Position numbers and translations under genes: made by a program. From IMG/VR virus record IMGVR_UViG_3300033388_005412, positions 1 to 64,000 of that record: 64,000 nucleotides of DNA, one strand, 5' to 3'. Within the stretch, counting starts at the first letter, position 1; each line of letters begins with the position of its first letter. Source of the stretch: a virus (lineage: Duplodnaviria; Caudoviricetes). The notes under the pieces are model-generated. The model did no database searches, had not been told where the DNA came from, and saw nothing but the letters and a program-made list of their open reading frames with translations. This document shows positions 38,401-47,041 of this stretch, in pieces.

Positions 38401-40452
38401 CGGATTTTGTTTTATTTGTTTTAAATAATTAACTGTATTCACATCCGTACTGCCATTATCAATTATGACTATCTCATAAGGATATTTCGTGTTTTTTCTT
38501 ATATGATTGATACACGTTGATAATAAATCATATCTATCTTTATTTAAAATAATAATACTAACTGGTTCCTTTTTTGCCACGTTTGTTGTTTTAAATAATT
38601 TTTCATCAGGAATCATTTTGTTTATAACATCAACCCATTTCGGGCCGATATTCTCCCATGAATACTTCTTAACATCTTTTCTACCGCTCTCTCCCAAACT
38701 TTTAATCAGTTTTCTATCATTATATAGTATATCAAATGAATCAGTAATTTCAGATATTGATGGTATGGCTCGGCGAATATTTGTCCCGGGTTCAACATAA
38801 AAACCAACCGGTCTAATAAACATTGTTCCCTTTTGAAAATTTTTTAATTCAGAATAATCTGTTATCACCGCTGGAGTCCCTGTAGAAAGGGAATCGCAGT
38901 TATGGGCGTATGCCACACCATTCACTATGTATGTATTATCATCTTCAACTTCTAAATTATAAACATATCCCTTGTACATTTTTCCCACTATTTTAGTGAT
39001 CGGCGTTTTAACATATGATCTGAATTCATTATCAACAACTCCTGTTTTGCTTCTTGAATTTGTTCTTCTTTTTGTCGTGTCCAATGCTATATTCTGATAG
39101 ATATTTAATTTAGTTTTACTTAATTTATTATGAATTCCCATTGATAAAAGACAATCGCGCATCCTGGCTAAGATTGGAAAATCCGTACAACGATGTGATA
39201 ATTTCGGGAAATGTGTGTCCAGTCGTAATTGTTTTCTTACTATTTTCTTTTCAACATCGGATGTTTCGATTATCGGATACCATAATAAATCACCGCGTTT
39301 CAAATGTTTTGCTGTTTTCCATGCCTTTGCTGTCCAAAACCTATGATTAGGTGTAACTTGTATAGGTGTCGACGTCTCGGTATATATATTGTAAATTTTA
39401 CCAGTATAATGTCTTTTAAAAACTTTAAGAACTTTTTTTAATTTACCTCTATGTGTATAAACATAATTTCCCGGCCGGATCCACTGAATTGGCTTATGTT
39501 CATATTTGGTTTTCACATAAGTATTTCTTAAAAAGCACACCGTACCGCCGAAGCCTTCCCCGCTTGACGGCAGCGTTGTTATGTCACACGCGTTATACAG
39601 TCGATTTAGTTTTTCAATTGGAACACCGTGCCCCAGTTGTAACGATGGATTTAATATAACTTTAGATTTGACATTATGATCACCTACCAATGAATGTAGG
39701 TCCCACCCGGCCGGATCATTTATTGCAGTATGCAAATATAAATATGTATTTGGTTTATTCCATTTTGCAAACGCCTCTATAGCATATGGTAGACCCTTCC
39801 TGGGATTTTGTCGGCCAAAATAACCAATAATAAATGAGTCTATATTAACATTCCATATTTGGGTTTTAATGCTTTTTTTATTTTTGAGTGGAACAAATTT
39901 ATTGATCTCACAACCGTCTGATATAATTGTCGTGAATTTCTTCATTATTTTATCCTTCTCTTTTGTTGATAGTTTTGATAATGTTGTTTGAAATCGTTCT
40001 TTTATAACCCGAAAAGCATACGGTCCCGCCGCAATTAATTTATCGGCCGATGCCAGTATTTGCGGACATGATATTATTTGATGTTGATTTTTAACAATAT
40101 TCGGTAATGGCTCGCCTTCTATATGAACATATAAAATTGTTGGAACTTCAGTATTCAGATATGGTTTGGCCGCCCAAATATCAGTTATTATAATTATCAA
40201 ATCAGGTGAAAATTCATTAACTATTTTATCATATTGTTTTTTCTGAAAATGTCGCGGATTGCCGCCTAAATTAACAGGCCATGATATTGTTTTATTATTA
40301 TAATTGTCGTTTTCATTATTTCTTGGATCAAATAATCCAATATGTTCAACAGCAAATCCATTATTATGTAAATAATTACCCAACCCACGACCCAACTGGC
40401 CAAAACCCGTATCGAGAAACGGGCTATCTGAAATTAATAATATCTTCTTCAA
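35464..40452 (-). CDS. 1662-aa five-domain glycosyltransferase (GT4[intein]-GT2-GT2-GT2/GT7C-GT4)
   Basis: GRQNPRKG..PSSGEGFG; SIIILN..DNGSTD..FLNND; SIIIPTYN..NDGSTD..FSDAD; FTDAD..WGGED; ASSNEGLPTPLVE..CGIPFVST. Confidence 0.9.
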   Translation of the reverse strand: MKKILLISDSPFLDTGFGQLGRGLGNYLHNNGFAVEHIGLFDPRNNENDNYNNKTISWPVNLGGNPRHFQKKQYDKIVNEFSPDLIIIITDIWAAKPYLNTEVPTILYVHIEGEPLPNIVKNQHQIISCPQILASADKLIAAGPYAFRVIKERFQTTLSKLSTKEKDKIMKKFTTIISDGCEINKFVPLKNKKSIKTQIWNVNIDSFIIGYFGRQNPRKGLPYAIEAFAKWNKPNTYLYLHTAINDPAGWDLHSLVGDHNVKSKVILNPSLQLGHGVPIEKLNRLYNACDITTLPSSGEGFGGTVCFLRNTYVKTKYEHKPIQWIRPGNYVYTHRGKLKKVLKVFKRHYTGKIYNIYTETSTPIQVTPNHRFWTAKAWKTAKHLKRGDLLWYPIIETSDVEKKIVRKQLRLDTHFPKLSHRCTDFPILARMRDCLLSMGIHNKLSKTKLNIYQNIALDTTKRRTNSRSKTGVVDNEFRSYVKTPITKIVGKMYKGYVYNLEVEDDNTYIVNGVAYAHNCDSLSTGTPAVITDYSELKNFQKGTMFIRPVGFYVEPGTNIRRAIPSISEITDSFDILYNDRKLIKSLGESGRKDVKKYSWENIGPKWVDVINKMIPDEKLFKTTNVAKKEPVSIIILNKDRYDLLSTCINHIRKNTKYPYEIVIIDNGSTDVNTVNYLKQIKQNPAIRVYNHPEEFNFSRFCNLGAKYSKNNILCFLNNDAFVEIDWLNNMVEELAKPKVGVVGAKLLFQDGTIQHAGIEIDKQCNCKHSYIGKPGGHPQANETKEVQAVTGACFMTRHDLFDKLGCFSIQYKMESSDVDYSLKAEDVGYKTIYAHKAVAKHITCATRSRSGDERLIDDRNMFKSKWCDKLSNKPDKSVLINTNNLLINNGSSDTSSDTPLISIIIPTYNCGKYFPDLISSIYNQTYKHFEIIIVNDGSTDDTENILKELYADGYKFKVINCNKHTNANIAREKGYEKSKGDYLLFSDADSEWDPQMLEKMAGVLKDNPKISYAYSDYKRKGIINDTFKTINFNASYLKKSNYISMMSLIRKKDFPGLDPYIQRAQDWDLWLTMLENNKIGKHIPEPLFMAHVRDNSITGGSVISWPDAVNIVKRKHHMDNKENVSIILTLKNRASMLHRMFETISNQNYKNFEIIISDFHSTDIDFNDLRQKFKFPIRIVQNEKEFNRSCGLNAGAAVAKYSRLFFTDADMLFPENFTDIMSSNIKENQACFPICKNEKTLQCADKLGWRKGGYGNCGIHKTDFEKIGKWPESFQQWGGEDNFMFWKCGAENIKTIRDKVSEFIHQDHESAAPQIRSKEFLNNILESKKNYIQKKGKGNLNIALIYDSPDWAIHSQAKGFINNIKSDVNYTAYSMREFLTLNLEKYDMIFAMASFGMSRANFAPALLNRPNVTMVHHNPYSIGLENSEISGNIWIKNEIQFIQNGLRHSTISENIIQAWKDKHSIDAYYLPSGIDTNMFKFHNILENNAITIGWVGNKNKKLKGYYDIIIPAIDIVKKQYPNVIFKTHGYENLIPHEKMPEFYSDIDLYICASSNEGLPTPLVETCACGIPFVSTEVGVTSEINISYLNCIVNRDVDSLADGIIKMIKDPERMKQAGLSNRKIIVAGWSWDIVADIWECFILGDMEKFHQIHSKRRDKINNI
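38899..39537 (-). mobile_element. mini-intein (213 aa) in the first GT4 domain
   Basis: Starts CFLRNT, block B VTPNHRF, block F VYNLEVEDDNTY, ends AHN followed by Cys+1; excision restores EGFGGTV-CDSLSTGTPAV. Confidence 0.92.
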
Positions 40453-40664
40453 AATATCTTTTTCTTTTTTCTTAAAAACAACATTCCATTTCCACCGTGA
40501 CCGGATAATTTCGCGTGCCCAACTTCATATCCGTCTGGCAAATCAACAGCGTCCACAATTTCTTTTGAAAAATAATAAAACATTCTATTTTTGGAATATC
40601 TCGCAAGTTTAGAATGTAAATAATATGTTATTCCTGTTTTAGGATGAACAACGCTGCATGCCAT
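40449..40664 (-). CDS. small conserved hypothetical protein
   Basis: GITYYLHSK...YYFSKE..AVDLPDGYEV...LFLRKK pattern. Confidence 0.7.
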   Translation of the reverse strand: MACSVVHPKTGITYYLHSKLARYSKNRMFYYFSKEIVDAVDLPDGYEVGHAKLSGHGGNGMLFLRKKKKIF

Positions 40665-40665
40665 T

Positions 40666-40881
40666 TTATTTTCCCCCCGATTTCTTTTTTGAACTCTTTT
40701 TAAGTTCTTTTGCTTTTTTCATTCTGTTTATTATATCATTGACTTGCCTGCCTGTCAACACCCTATTTTCTTTTTCAACTGTTTTTGTTTCTTCTTTTTT
40801 TATGTTGACCTGTTTAATTTGATCTTGTTGCTTTATTTTCGCCAATTTAGGATTGTAATTTATTGTGTTCGGAAATATCAT
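40666..40881 (-). CDS. hypothetical basic protein
   Basis: ORF. Confidence 0.6.
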   Translation of the reverse strand: MIFPNTINYNPKLAKIKQQDQIKQVNIKKEETKTVEKENRVLTGRQVNDIINRMKKAKELKKSSKKKSGGK

Positions 40882-41348
40882 TTCATTTCAACCCCATGTG
40901 TGTCTAAATAAAATGTTAAGATCGCGAGAGATGACCATATATCTTTAGCAATACCGTACAACGGGCCTGGAGTTTTCTTAAGACCTATTGCTTTTTTTCT
41001 GCCGCCCCACCTATCCAGAAGCGCTTGACGTATATTTGAATCTTTAGCTCTCATTGAAAAACAATGATGCATTTTAACATCTTTTCTAAGTATTAATTCC
41101 GTTTTAAATCCTTTATCTATTGCAACTTGTTGGAATCTACCAATCCATTCAATTGTATCTATTGTTGTTGCGCCGATCGGCATTCCATATGACGCGATTT
41201 TTTCTATTAAAACCACTAAATTTGATGTGTGCGATTTTAATATATCAATGATTTTCTGGTTCTCGACGATTTCTTTACTTATTATCTTATCACACCATAA
41301 AATATATGCGCTCTGGGTTGTGCCGGGATCAATACTAATATATGTCAT
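40878..41348 (-). CDS. RuvC-like (RNase H fold) resolvase
   Basis: YISIDPGTTQSA...VLIEKIASYGM...DIWSSLAI. Confidence 0.75.
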   Translation of the reverse strand: MTYISIDPGTTQSAYILWCDKIISKEIVENQKIIDILKSHTSNLVVLIEKIASYGMPIGATTIDTIEWIGRFQQVAIDKGFKTELILRKDVKMHHCFSMRAKDSNIRQALLDRWGGRKKAIGLKKTPGPLYGIAKDIWSSLAILTFYLDTHGVEMK

Positions 41349-41575
41349 TTTTTAATATTTTCCCTGACAATCGAAAATATAGTCTGAAGATGTTTTCTTA
41401 CACATTCATGTGATATCGCAAGTTTGTTTGATATTTCTTTAAGTGTTAAATTTCTATTTATTCTCAAATAAAATATCAAAACATCTAAAGAATTTAATTC
41501 AGATATAGTATCTTCTAACGCAAGACTTAACATATAATTGTCAATTCTTTTTTCTTTTGTTTTTCTTTTTTCCAT
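41345..41575 (-). CDS. sigma70 region-4-like HTH protein
   Basis: LTLKEISNKLAISHECVRKHL. Confidence 0.7.
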   Translation of the reverse strand: MEKRKTKEKRIDNYMLSLALEDTISELNSLDVLIFYLRINRNLTLKEISNKLAISHECVRKHLQTIFSIVRENIKK

Positions 41576-42545
41576 TCGAATTCCCTAATTCTTTATCCCA
41601 ATCTGTTAGTTGTCCGTTTTTATCGAATACTGTTATTTTACCATTTTGAATTTTAGCAAACTGTTTACGCCAAACACTGTGAGCAGAATCACGTATCATG
41701 ACATATTCATGATGTTCGCGGTCTGTCATACAACCCATCGACACTGCAAGATATTTAGCATTCACAGTAAATTCCATTCCAAAATTATGTCCATGTAACT
41801 GAAGAATATTCTGATCAAATTTATGTGCAAGTTTTAATGCTTTTGTTGTTGATCTGGCCGTAGCACGATCCGGATGTGTAATCCTCCACACCTGATTTCC
41901 CGACTTTAAAATACCATAATAATAATCACTTGAGCGAACATTGCCGACTTTTATTATCCTATTGCAAAGGGCGCCTAATGATTTCCAATTCATAACATAG
42001 TCTAATCGCCTTAAAATGCGGGCATCATGATCGCCGCAAATGAGCACAATCTGTTTAAATGTTTTAGTTAGTACCTTAATGACATCAAACAAAACTGAAA
42101 ATTCATCATCGAGTTTTCTTGATACACGTTCTGTGTTCAAATTAGGATATATTGACGTTGTTTTTTGGTCTGTCAAATCACCGCCGACAATTAATGTTGT
42201 TATTTTGTCACGTTTTGCTATTTTAATCATTTTATTCATCATATCAATATCATGAAAAGGAATGTGCGTGTCACCTATAACCATAGCATCACCGGATATT
42301 ACTTCAAATTTATTATACTTTTCAAGAACACAGCCCCCATCATATGTTAACAATGCGGCATCTTTTGATGAATCTAATCTAGTGCTATATCTACCCATCA
42401 TATTTGGATATTTTTGGTTTATTTTCTGAACGGCATCCGTGGTTGTACCAAAATAATCGGCAATTCGTTGCAATGTTAATCTTTGTTGTCTTAGTTCTTT
42501 TAATTTTTTAAGTTTACTTTCTGTCCATTTTATACGCATTTTCAT
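41541..42545 (-). CDS. HTH plus calcineurin-like metallophosphoesterase
   Basis: LTLQRIADYFGTT; VIGDTHIP, VGGDLTD, CGDHD, ITHP, LHGHN. Confidence 0.85.
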   Translation of the reverse strand: MKMRIKWTESKLKKLKELRQQRLTLQRIADYFGTTTDAVQKINQKYPNMMGRYSTRLDSSKDAALLTYDGGCVLEKYNKFEVISGDAMVIGDTHIPFHDIDMMNKMIKIAKRDKITTLIVGGDLTDQKTTSIYPNLNTERVSRKLDDEFSVLFDVIKVLTKTFKQIVLICGDHDARILRRLDYVMNWKSLGALCNRIIKVGNVRSSDYYYGILKSGNQVWRITHPDRATARSTTKALKLAHKFDQNILQLHGHNFGMEFTVNAKYLAVSMGCMTDREHHEYVMIRDSAHSVWRKQFAKIQNGKITVFDKNGQLTDWDKELGNSNGKKKNKRKKN

Positions 42546-43227
42546 TCTCCTTTTGCTTTTGTTTCCAGCCCTGTTTCCATAATTTTATTTTTCTTGTGTT
42601 AATCATATCTCTGACTTCATTATCACAAGAATCAACATCTATTTTATAAATTTGTGATGACCCGCGATTATTAAAATAATCTTTTATCCATAATATACCT
42701 CCAACTTCAACCGGCATTCTCGTACGCAATCCTAATAAATGTTTATAAAAACCTAATTGTATTGAATATTTGTGATGTTTCTCATCACCTATTTTACGAC
42801 TTGTTTTTATATCCCATATTCTTAAACAATCAGATGTTTGCTCAACAATATCCATTGTCCCGGCTATAAGATTAATCTCATCCCACGCCATTACTTCTGA
42901 TGTTAATTCCCCATTAAATTCAAATTTAGAAAATTTTTTAACAATTGATTTTAAATCGGAATTATCCGGCAATATATCATGTCTAATATATTCTTCAATT
43001 GCGGTATGTGCTTCCGTGCCGGTTTTTGTTATGTTGCCCCATAATGTCAAAACCTCTTTTTTTGTTTTTTTGTAATATACACTCCAAGGCATATTTATAA
43101 TTTTGTCTATAACACCGTCCACATCAAAAGCACCAAGACATTCTTCTATTAATTTATTAACTGATATATATTCCTGATTTAATTTATCAAAATATTGATG
43201 TGTCTCAGGGTAAAATTTAATACTCAT
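42514..43227 (-). CDS. PD-(D/E)XK exonuclease
   Basis: GTEAHTAIE...SEV...IAGTMDIV..IWDIKTS..SIQLGFY. Confidence 0.8.
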   Translation of the reverse strand: MSIKFYPETHQYFDKLNQEYISVNKLIEECLGAFDVDGVIDKIINMPWSVYYKKTKKEVLTLWGNITKTGTEAHTAIEEYIRHDILPDNSDLKSIVKKFSKFEFNGELTSEVMAWDEINLIAGTMDIVEQTSDCLRIWDIKTSRKIGDEKHHKYSIQLGFYKHLLGLRTRMPVEVGGILWIKDYFNNRGSSQIYKIDVDSCDNEVRDMINTRKIKLWKQGWKQKQKENENAYKMDRK

Positions 43228-43820
43228 TTTTCAACCACCTTAATAAATCTTTTTAAATTTCGATAATGTGTTTTATCCGATATCTTAAAATTAAAAAATT
43301 TACCAAATGGGACATTATAAATCGAAATTATATTCAACCATTCAAACTCCCGTTCAAAACCTTCCTTATAAAAGGAATAAATATAATTGGATTTGTAATA
43401 TTTTAAATCAGCCTGTTTATTGAAATCAAATAAACCAATATGAGCGATATTATTTTCTTTTATAATAAAATCAAATACACCCGCAAACAACACATCATTA
43501 ATTGAAACATCAAAAGGCATGCCAACACATTTAATGTTCATGTTGTTAGTGAAATTTTCTAAAAATGAACAAACCTGATTAGACAAATTTTCGGATAAAT
43601 CATGTTTATCGTTGATTTTATCATTGCTCACTTTTTTTTGATGCATGATTTTATATAAAATATTATTGAAAATTAAAATGGCGTTTTTCTGATATTTGGC
43701 TCTGATGTCAAAGTTATTAATTATTATTTTTTTTCTCATTTTTTTCTCATCCAATAATATACTATAATTAAAATCAAAACCCGTCAACCGACTTTTTATA
43801 ATTTTAGTTATTTTAGTCAT
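43224..43820 (-). CDS. degenerate PD-(D/E)XK-like protein
   Basis: FAGVFDFII...GLFDFN; catalytic Lys apparently absent. Confidence 0.5.
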   Translation of the reverse strand: MTKITKIIKSRLTGFDFNYSILLDEKKMRKKIIINNFDIRAKYQKNAILIFNNILYKIMHQKKVSNDKINDKHDLSENLSNQVCSFLENFTNNMNIKCVGMPFDVSINDVLFAGVFDFIIKENNIAHIGLFDFNKQADLKYYKSNYIYSFYKEGFEREFEWLNIISIYNVPFGKFFNFKISDKTHYRNLKRFIKVVEK

Positions 43821-43848
43821 TGACAATAGGCTCGTAATGTTTTATATT
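43820..43848 (+). promoter_or_regulatory. sigma70 promoter at divergent junction
   Basis: TTGACA-17-TATATT; AGGAGG SD before 43874. Confidence 0.8.
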
Positions 43849-43873
43849 AAAGTGAAAATAAAAATCAGGAGGT

Positions 43874-44515
43874 ATGGAAATGGATGAAAAAAAACTAATT
43901 GATGAGATGGGTTTAACGACGGAATTTAACAAAGCCGAACAAGCTGACTTAAAAGTAACATACGTCGGCATTGAACACGTTGTTGACGACGAAATGCATT
44001 ACACTGGAGAAAATGCAAAACTTAGAAAAACAAAAATTCCAAAAGCAAAAAGGTACATTGCGCAATGCACATGCTCACATGGTGATGGGCGATGGGTTGG
44101 AACAGGAACCGCCGCGGCTGATACCATTTCAACATTCAAACATCTAAAACTGGCACCCGAAGTGGCAATAATTCGTGCTAAAATAAATGCTTTTTCTTTA
44201 GCATTTAAATCATTATCTAAGTCATCTAAGTCATTGGAATTGCCGGAACCAGAAGAAATTACTCCCATACCATTAGTTTATGGGCCAACCGCAAAAACGG
44301 CTCTGGAAGGTGTGCCAAACAAAAATACACCGCCGAATAAATATACGCCGGAACAAATAAGTAAAATGAAAGCAATTAAAAAACGTCTGCAAACGGATAA
44401 TAATGGATTAGGACAATTCATATGGGAGTGGTCAGCCGGGCAATTGAAAACAAATAAAGATCTGACACCTGACAACATAGATAGTTTTATTGTTTTTATG
44501 AATACAAATTTCTAA
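43874..44515 (+). CDS. hypothetical protein, possible ssDNA-annealing protein
   Basis: WVGTGTAA...APEVAIIRAKINAF pattern loosely resembles Rad52-like annealases. Confidence 0.4.
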   Translation: MEMDEKKLIDEMGLTTEFNKAEQADLKVTYVGIEHVVDDEMHYTGENAKLRKTKIPKAKRYIAQCTCSHGDGRWVGTGTAAADTISTFKHLKLAPEVAIIRAKINAFSLAFKSLSKSSKSLELPEPEEITPIPLVYGPTAKTALEGVPNKNTPPNKYTPEQISKMKAIKKRLQTDNNGLGQFIWEWSAGQLKTNKDLTPDNIDSFIVFMNTNF

Positions 44516-44548
44516 GACAAGTATTTTGAATATTAAGGAGAATCGCGA

Positions 44549-47041
44549 ATGAGTCAATTAGACACAAATGATAAGTGTGATGTCATAGATCAACTTTATG
44601 GAAAACTAACAGAATATTTAACGATACATCATCATATTAAACAAGGCTCAAATGGTTTATTTAAATGTTTCACTAAACTACATGAAGATAAAACACCATC
44701 TCTTGGAATATTACCAACTAATTCTCATGTTTGGCATTGTCTATCTTGCAACCAAAGTGGGAACATTTTTCATGCCGCTCATTTTATAGAAGATTTACCA
44801 ATTGAAGGACCTGATTTTTGGAAAATAACAGTTCCATCATTAGCAAAAAGATTTAACATTCCTTATACACAGGAAGAAATGGAACAAGCTGACAAAGATA
44901 GATATCAAATGTTGAGGGCATATAAAGATGCCGCTGATATTATCTGCAGCCACCCTGACAAAGAAAAAGAAAAAGATGATCAAAACAAAATTTATGAGTA
45001 TTTGAATGAAAGAAAATTATCAATTCAAACAGCAATAGAATTAGGCATCGGCTCCGTTAGTTCACACGCTGAATATATGAAAAAACTTAAAAACATGGGA
45101 TGGTCAAAAGAATATTTATATTCGATTGAATTAGAAAATAAAACTATTTTCAATCAAAGAAATTTAATATTCACTGTTAAAGATATTAATGGCCGGCCGA
45201 TAGGTTTTGCGGCCAGGGATATGAAATGGACACATGGGTCAGTTGATCGAAAATATAATAACAATAGAACAAGCATTATTTATAAAAAGGGTTCAACTTT
45301 ATGGAATTTTCACAACATAAGCAATTCCGGACCTCTATGGCTTGTTGAAGGTTATATGGACGCCGCCACAATGTGGCAAGCCGGTATCAAAAACGTTGTC
45401 GCGCTGGGAGGAACGGCTTTTAGTGCTGATCATGTGGCTTTACTTAAACAACATGATATTTATAATTTAAATTTAATGCTTGATAATGATGACTCAGGTC
45501 AATTAAATACAGAAAATATTTTAAAAAACCACTTTGGAACAAGTATTTTATTTGATGTTAAAATATGCAACTATAACAAAGATATGTCGGACCCCGATTC
45601 TATAATTAATACATATGGTGTGGAAGAATTTAAAAAATTACAACTTATGGATTCATTTGATTGGGACTTAAAGCGACTCCCGTATGATATTGACAAGCAC
45701 ATTGTAGCCTCAGGTAAAATCGCCGAAATCGCAAGCGAAAAAAGCGGTATAAAACGTGATAAAATGATTCAAACACTATCCGAATTTACGGAAATAGAAA
45801 AACATATAATCGAAGATGATGTTAAACGCAAAATGGGAGACAAAGATTATAAACTGGATGAAGCCAAAAGAAAATTAAAAGAGCATGTGTTGTCAAATAT
45901 TGATCGGGATTTATTTAGAAAAAAAGTAGAACCATCATTATGGATTAATGAGTTATCATCATATTGGATTGGTATAACACAAACAATAGTTCCGGTTGTT
46001 AATGATCTCGAAAAATATAAAGATCGTCTTGATGATGCCAAACGAAAATGCGTTGATGATCCTGATATACCATTCAAAATGAATAGATTTAAAATATTCA
46101 CACAAAAAGCTGATGGTATTCCGAAACGTGCATGTTTTATTACATTTGGTGGGTTGCCTAACATTGGAAAATCATCAATATTACGAGCAATTGCGTGGGA
46201 TTTAATCCAAAGTAATGATGATGCGATGGTTTTATTCATAAGTATTGATGATGCATTCCTTAAAGTTATATCTTCTTTCCTTGCATTGGGATCGGGATTG
46301 ACGATTAACGAAATTAAAAGAGCAAAAGTTGTAATAGGTAACAATAAAGAAAAGAAAAGCAAGTGGGTTAATGTTTGGAAAAAATTTTTAGATGAAAAAA
46401 TATTTGAAAGACTGGTAATAAAAGACGCAACAGATGGAAACACTATTTCATCGATAGAAAAATACATTCAATATTATCAAAAACTTTTTCCTAATAAAAA
46501 AATGATAGTTATATTAGATAGTCTTCATAAATTAAAAGACTATTCCGGCATGGATCAGAGAATAAAATTCAGCAACATCAGTTTAAGACTAAAAGAATTA
46601 ACAAACACATATAACATACCTATGATAGCTATTGTTGAATTAAAACGAATTATGTTTGGAACCAAACCAACATTAAATGATATAAGAGAAACCAGTTCCA
46701 TAGAATATGATTCAGACATGGTATGGTTGCTTCACCAGGAATATCATGTCGACAGAAATACTCATTTGATTAAACAGATTCAAACTGATTCAGGCTCACT
46801 TGTGTGCCCTGTTAATGAACTAGTGTTTGGAAAAAATAAAGATGGCGAATTTAAAGGATCATTATATTTTTATTTTAAAACCAACACATCACAATTTGAA
46901 GAAGTCCCGGATAGTGATATAGCATTGATGATGGAGGCCGAAGAAAATAGAAAAAAAAGAAAATCAACTAGTGTTTTTGATGACCCAGTCTCAACACAAC
47001 CACAACAACTTGGTTTCAAAGGAAAAACACAGCAATGGTAA
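44549..47041 (+). CDS. DnaG-type primase fused to DnaB-like SF4 helicase
   Basis: Zn finger CFTKLHEDKTPS..WHCLSC; TOPRIM LVEGYMD, LDNDDSG; Walker A GGLPNIGKSS, ILDSLH, IRETSSIEYDSD. Confidence 0.92.
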   Translation: MSQLDTNDKCDVIDQLYGKLTEYLTIHHHIKQGSNGLFKCFTKLHEDKTPSLGILPTNSHVWHCLSCNQSGNIFHAAHFIEDLPIEGPDFWKITVPSLAKRFNIPYTQEEMEQADKDRYQMLRAYKDAADIICSHPDKEKEKDDQNKIYEYLNERKLSIQTAIELGIGSVSSHAEYMKKLKNMGWSKEYLYSIELENKTIFNQRNLIFTVKDINGRPIGFAARDMKWTHGSVDRKYNNNRTSIIYKKGSTLWNFHNISNSGPLWLVEGYMDAATMWQAGIKNVVALGGTAFSADHVALLKQHDIYNLNLMLDNDDSGQLNTENILKNHFGTSILFDVKICNYNKDMSDPDSIINTYGVEEFKKLQLMDSFDWDLKRLPYDIDKHIVASGKIAEIASEKSGIKRDKMIQTLSEFTEIEKHIIEDDVKRKMGDKDYKLDEAKRKLKEHVLSNIDRDLFRKKVEPSLWINELSSYWIGITQTIVPVVNDLEKYKDRLDDAKRKCVDDPDIPFKMNRFKIFTQKADGIPKRACFITFGGLPNIGKSSILRAIAWDLIQSNDDAMVLFISIDDAFLKVISSFLALGSGLTINEIKRAKVVIGNNKEKKSKWVNVWKKFLDEKIFERLVIKDATDGNTISSIEKYIQYYQKLFPNKKMIVILDSLHKLKDYSGMDQRIKFSNISLRLKELTNTYNIPMIAIVELKRIMFGTKPTLNDIRETSSIEYDSDMVWLLHQEYHVDRNTHLIKQIQTDSGSLVCPVNELVFGKNKDGEFKGSLYFYFKTNTSQFEEVPDSDIALMMEAEENRKKRKSTSVFDDPVSTQPQQLGFKGKTQQW

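Noticed and set aside
45847-46467. 206-aa antisense ORF in the primase-helicase, and the other short opposite-strand ORFs in the track
   Set aside because: Fully nested opposite clearly recognisable genes, with no SD or motifs.
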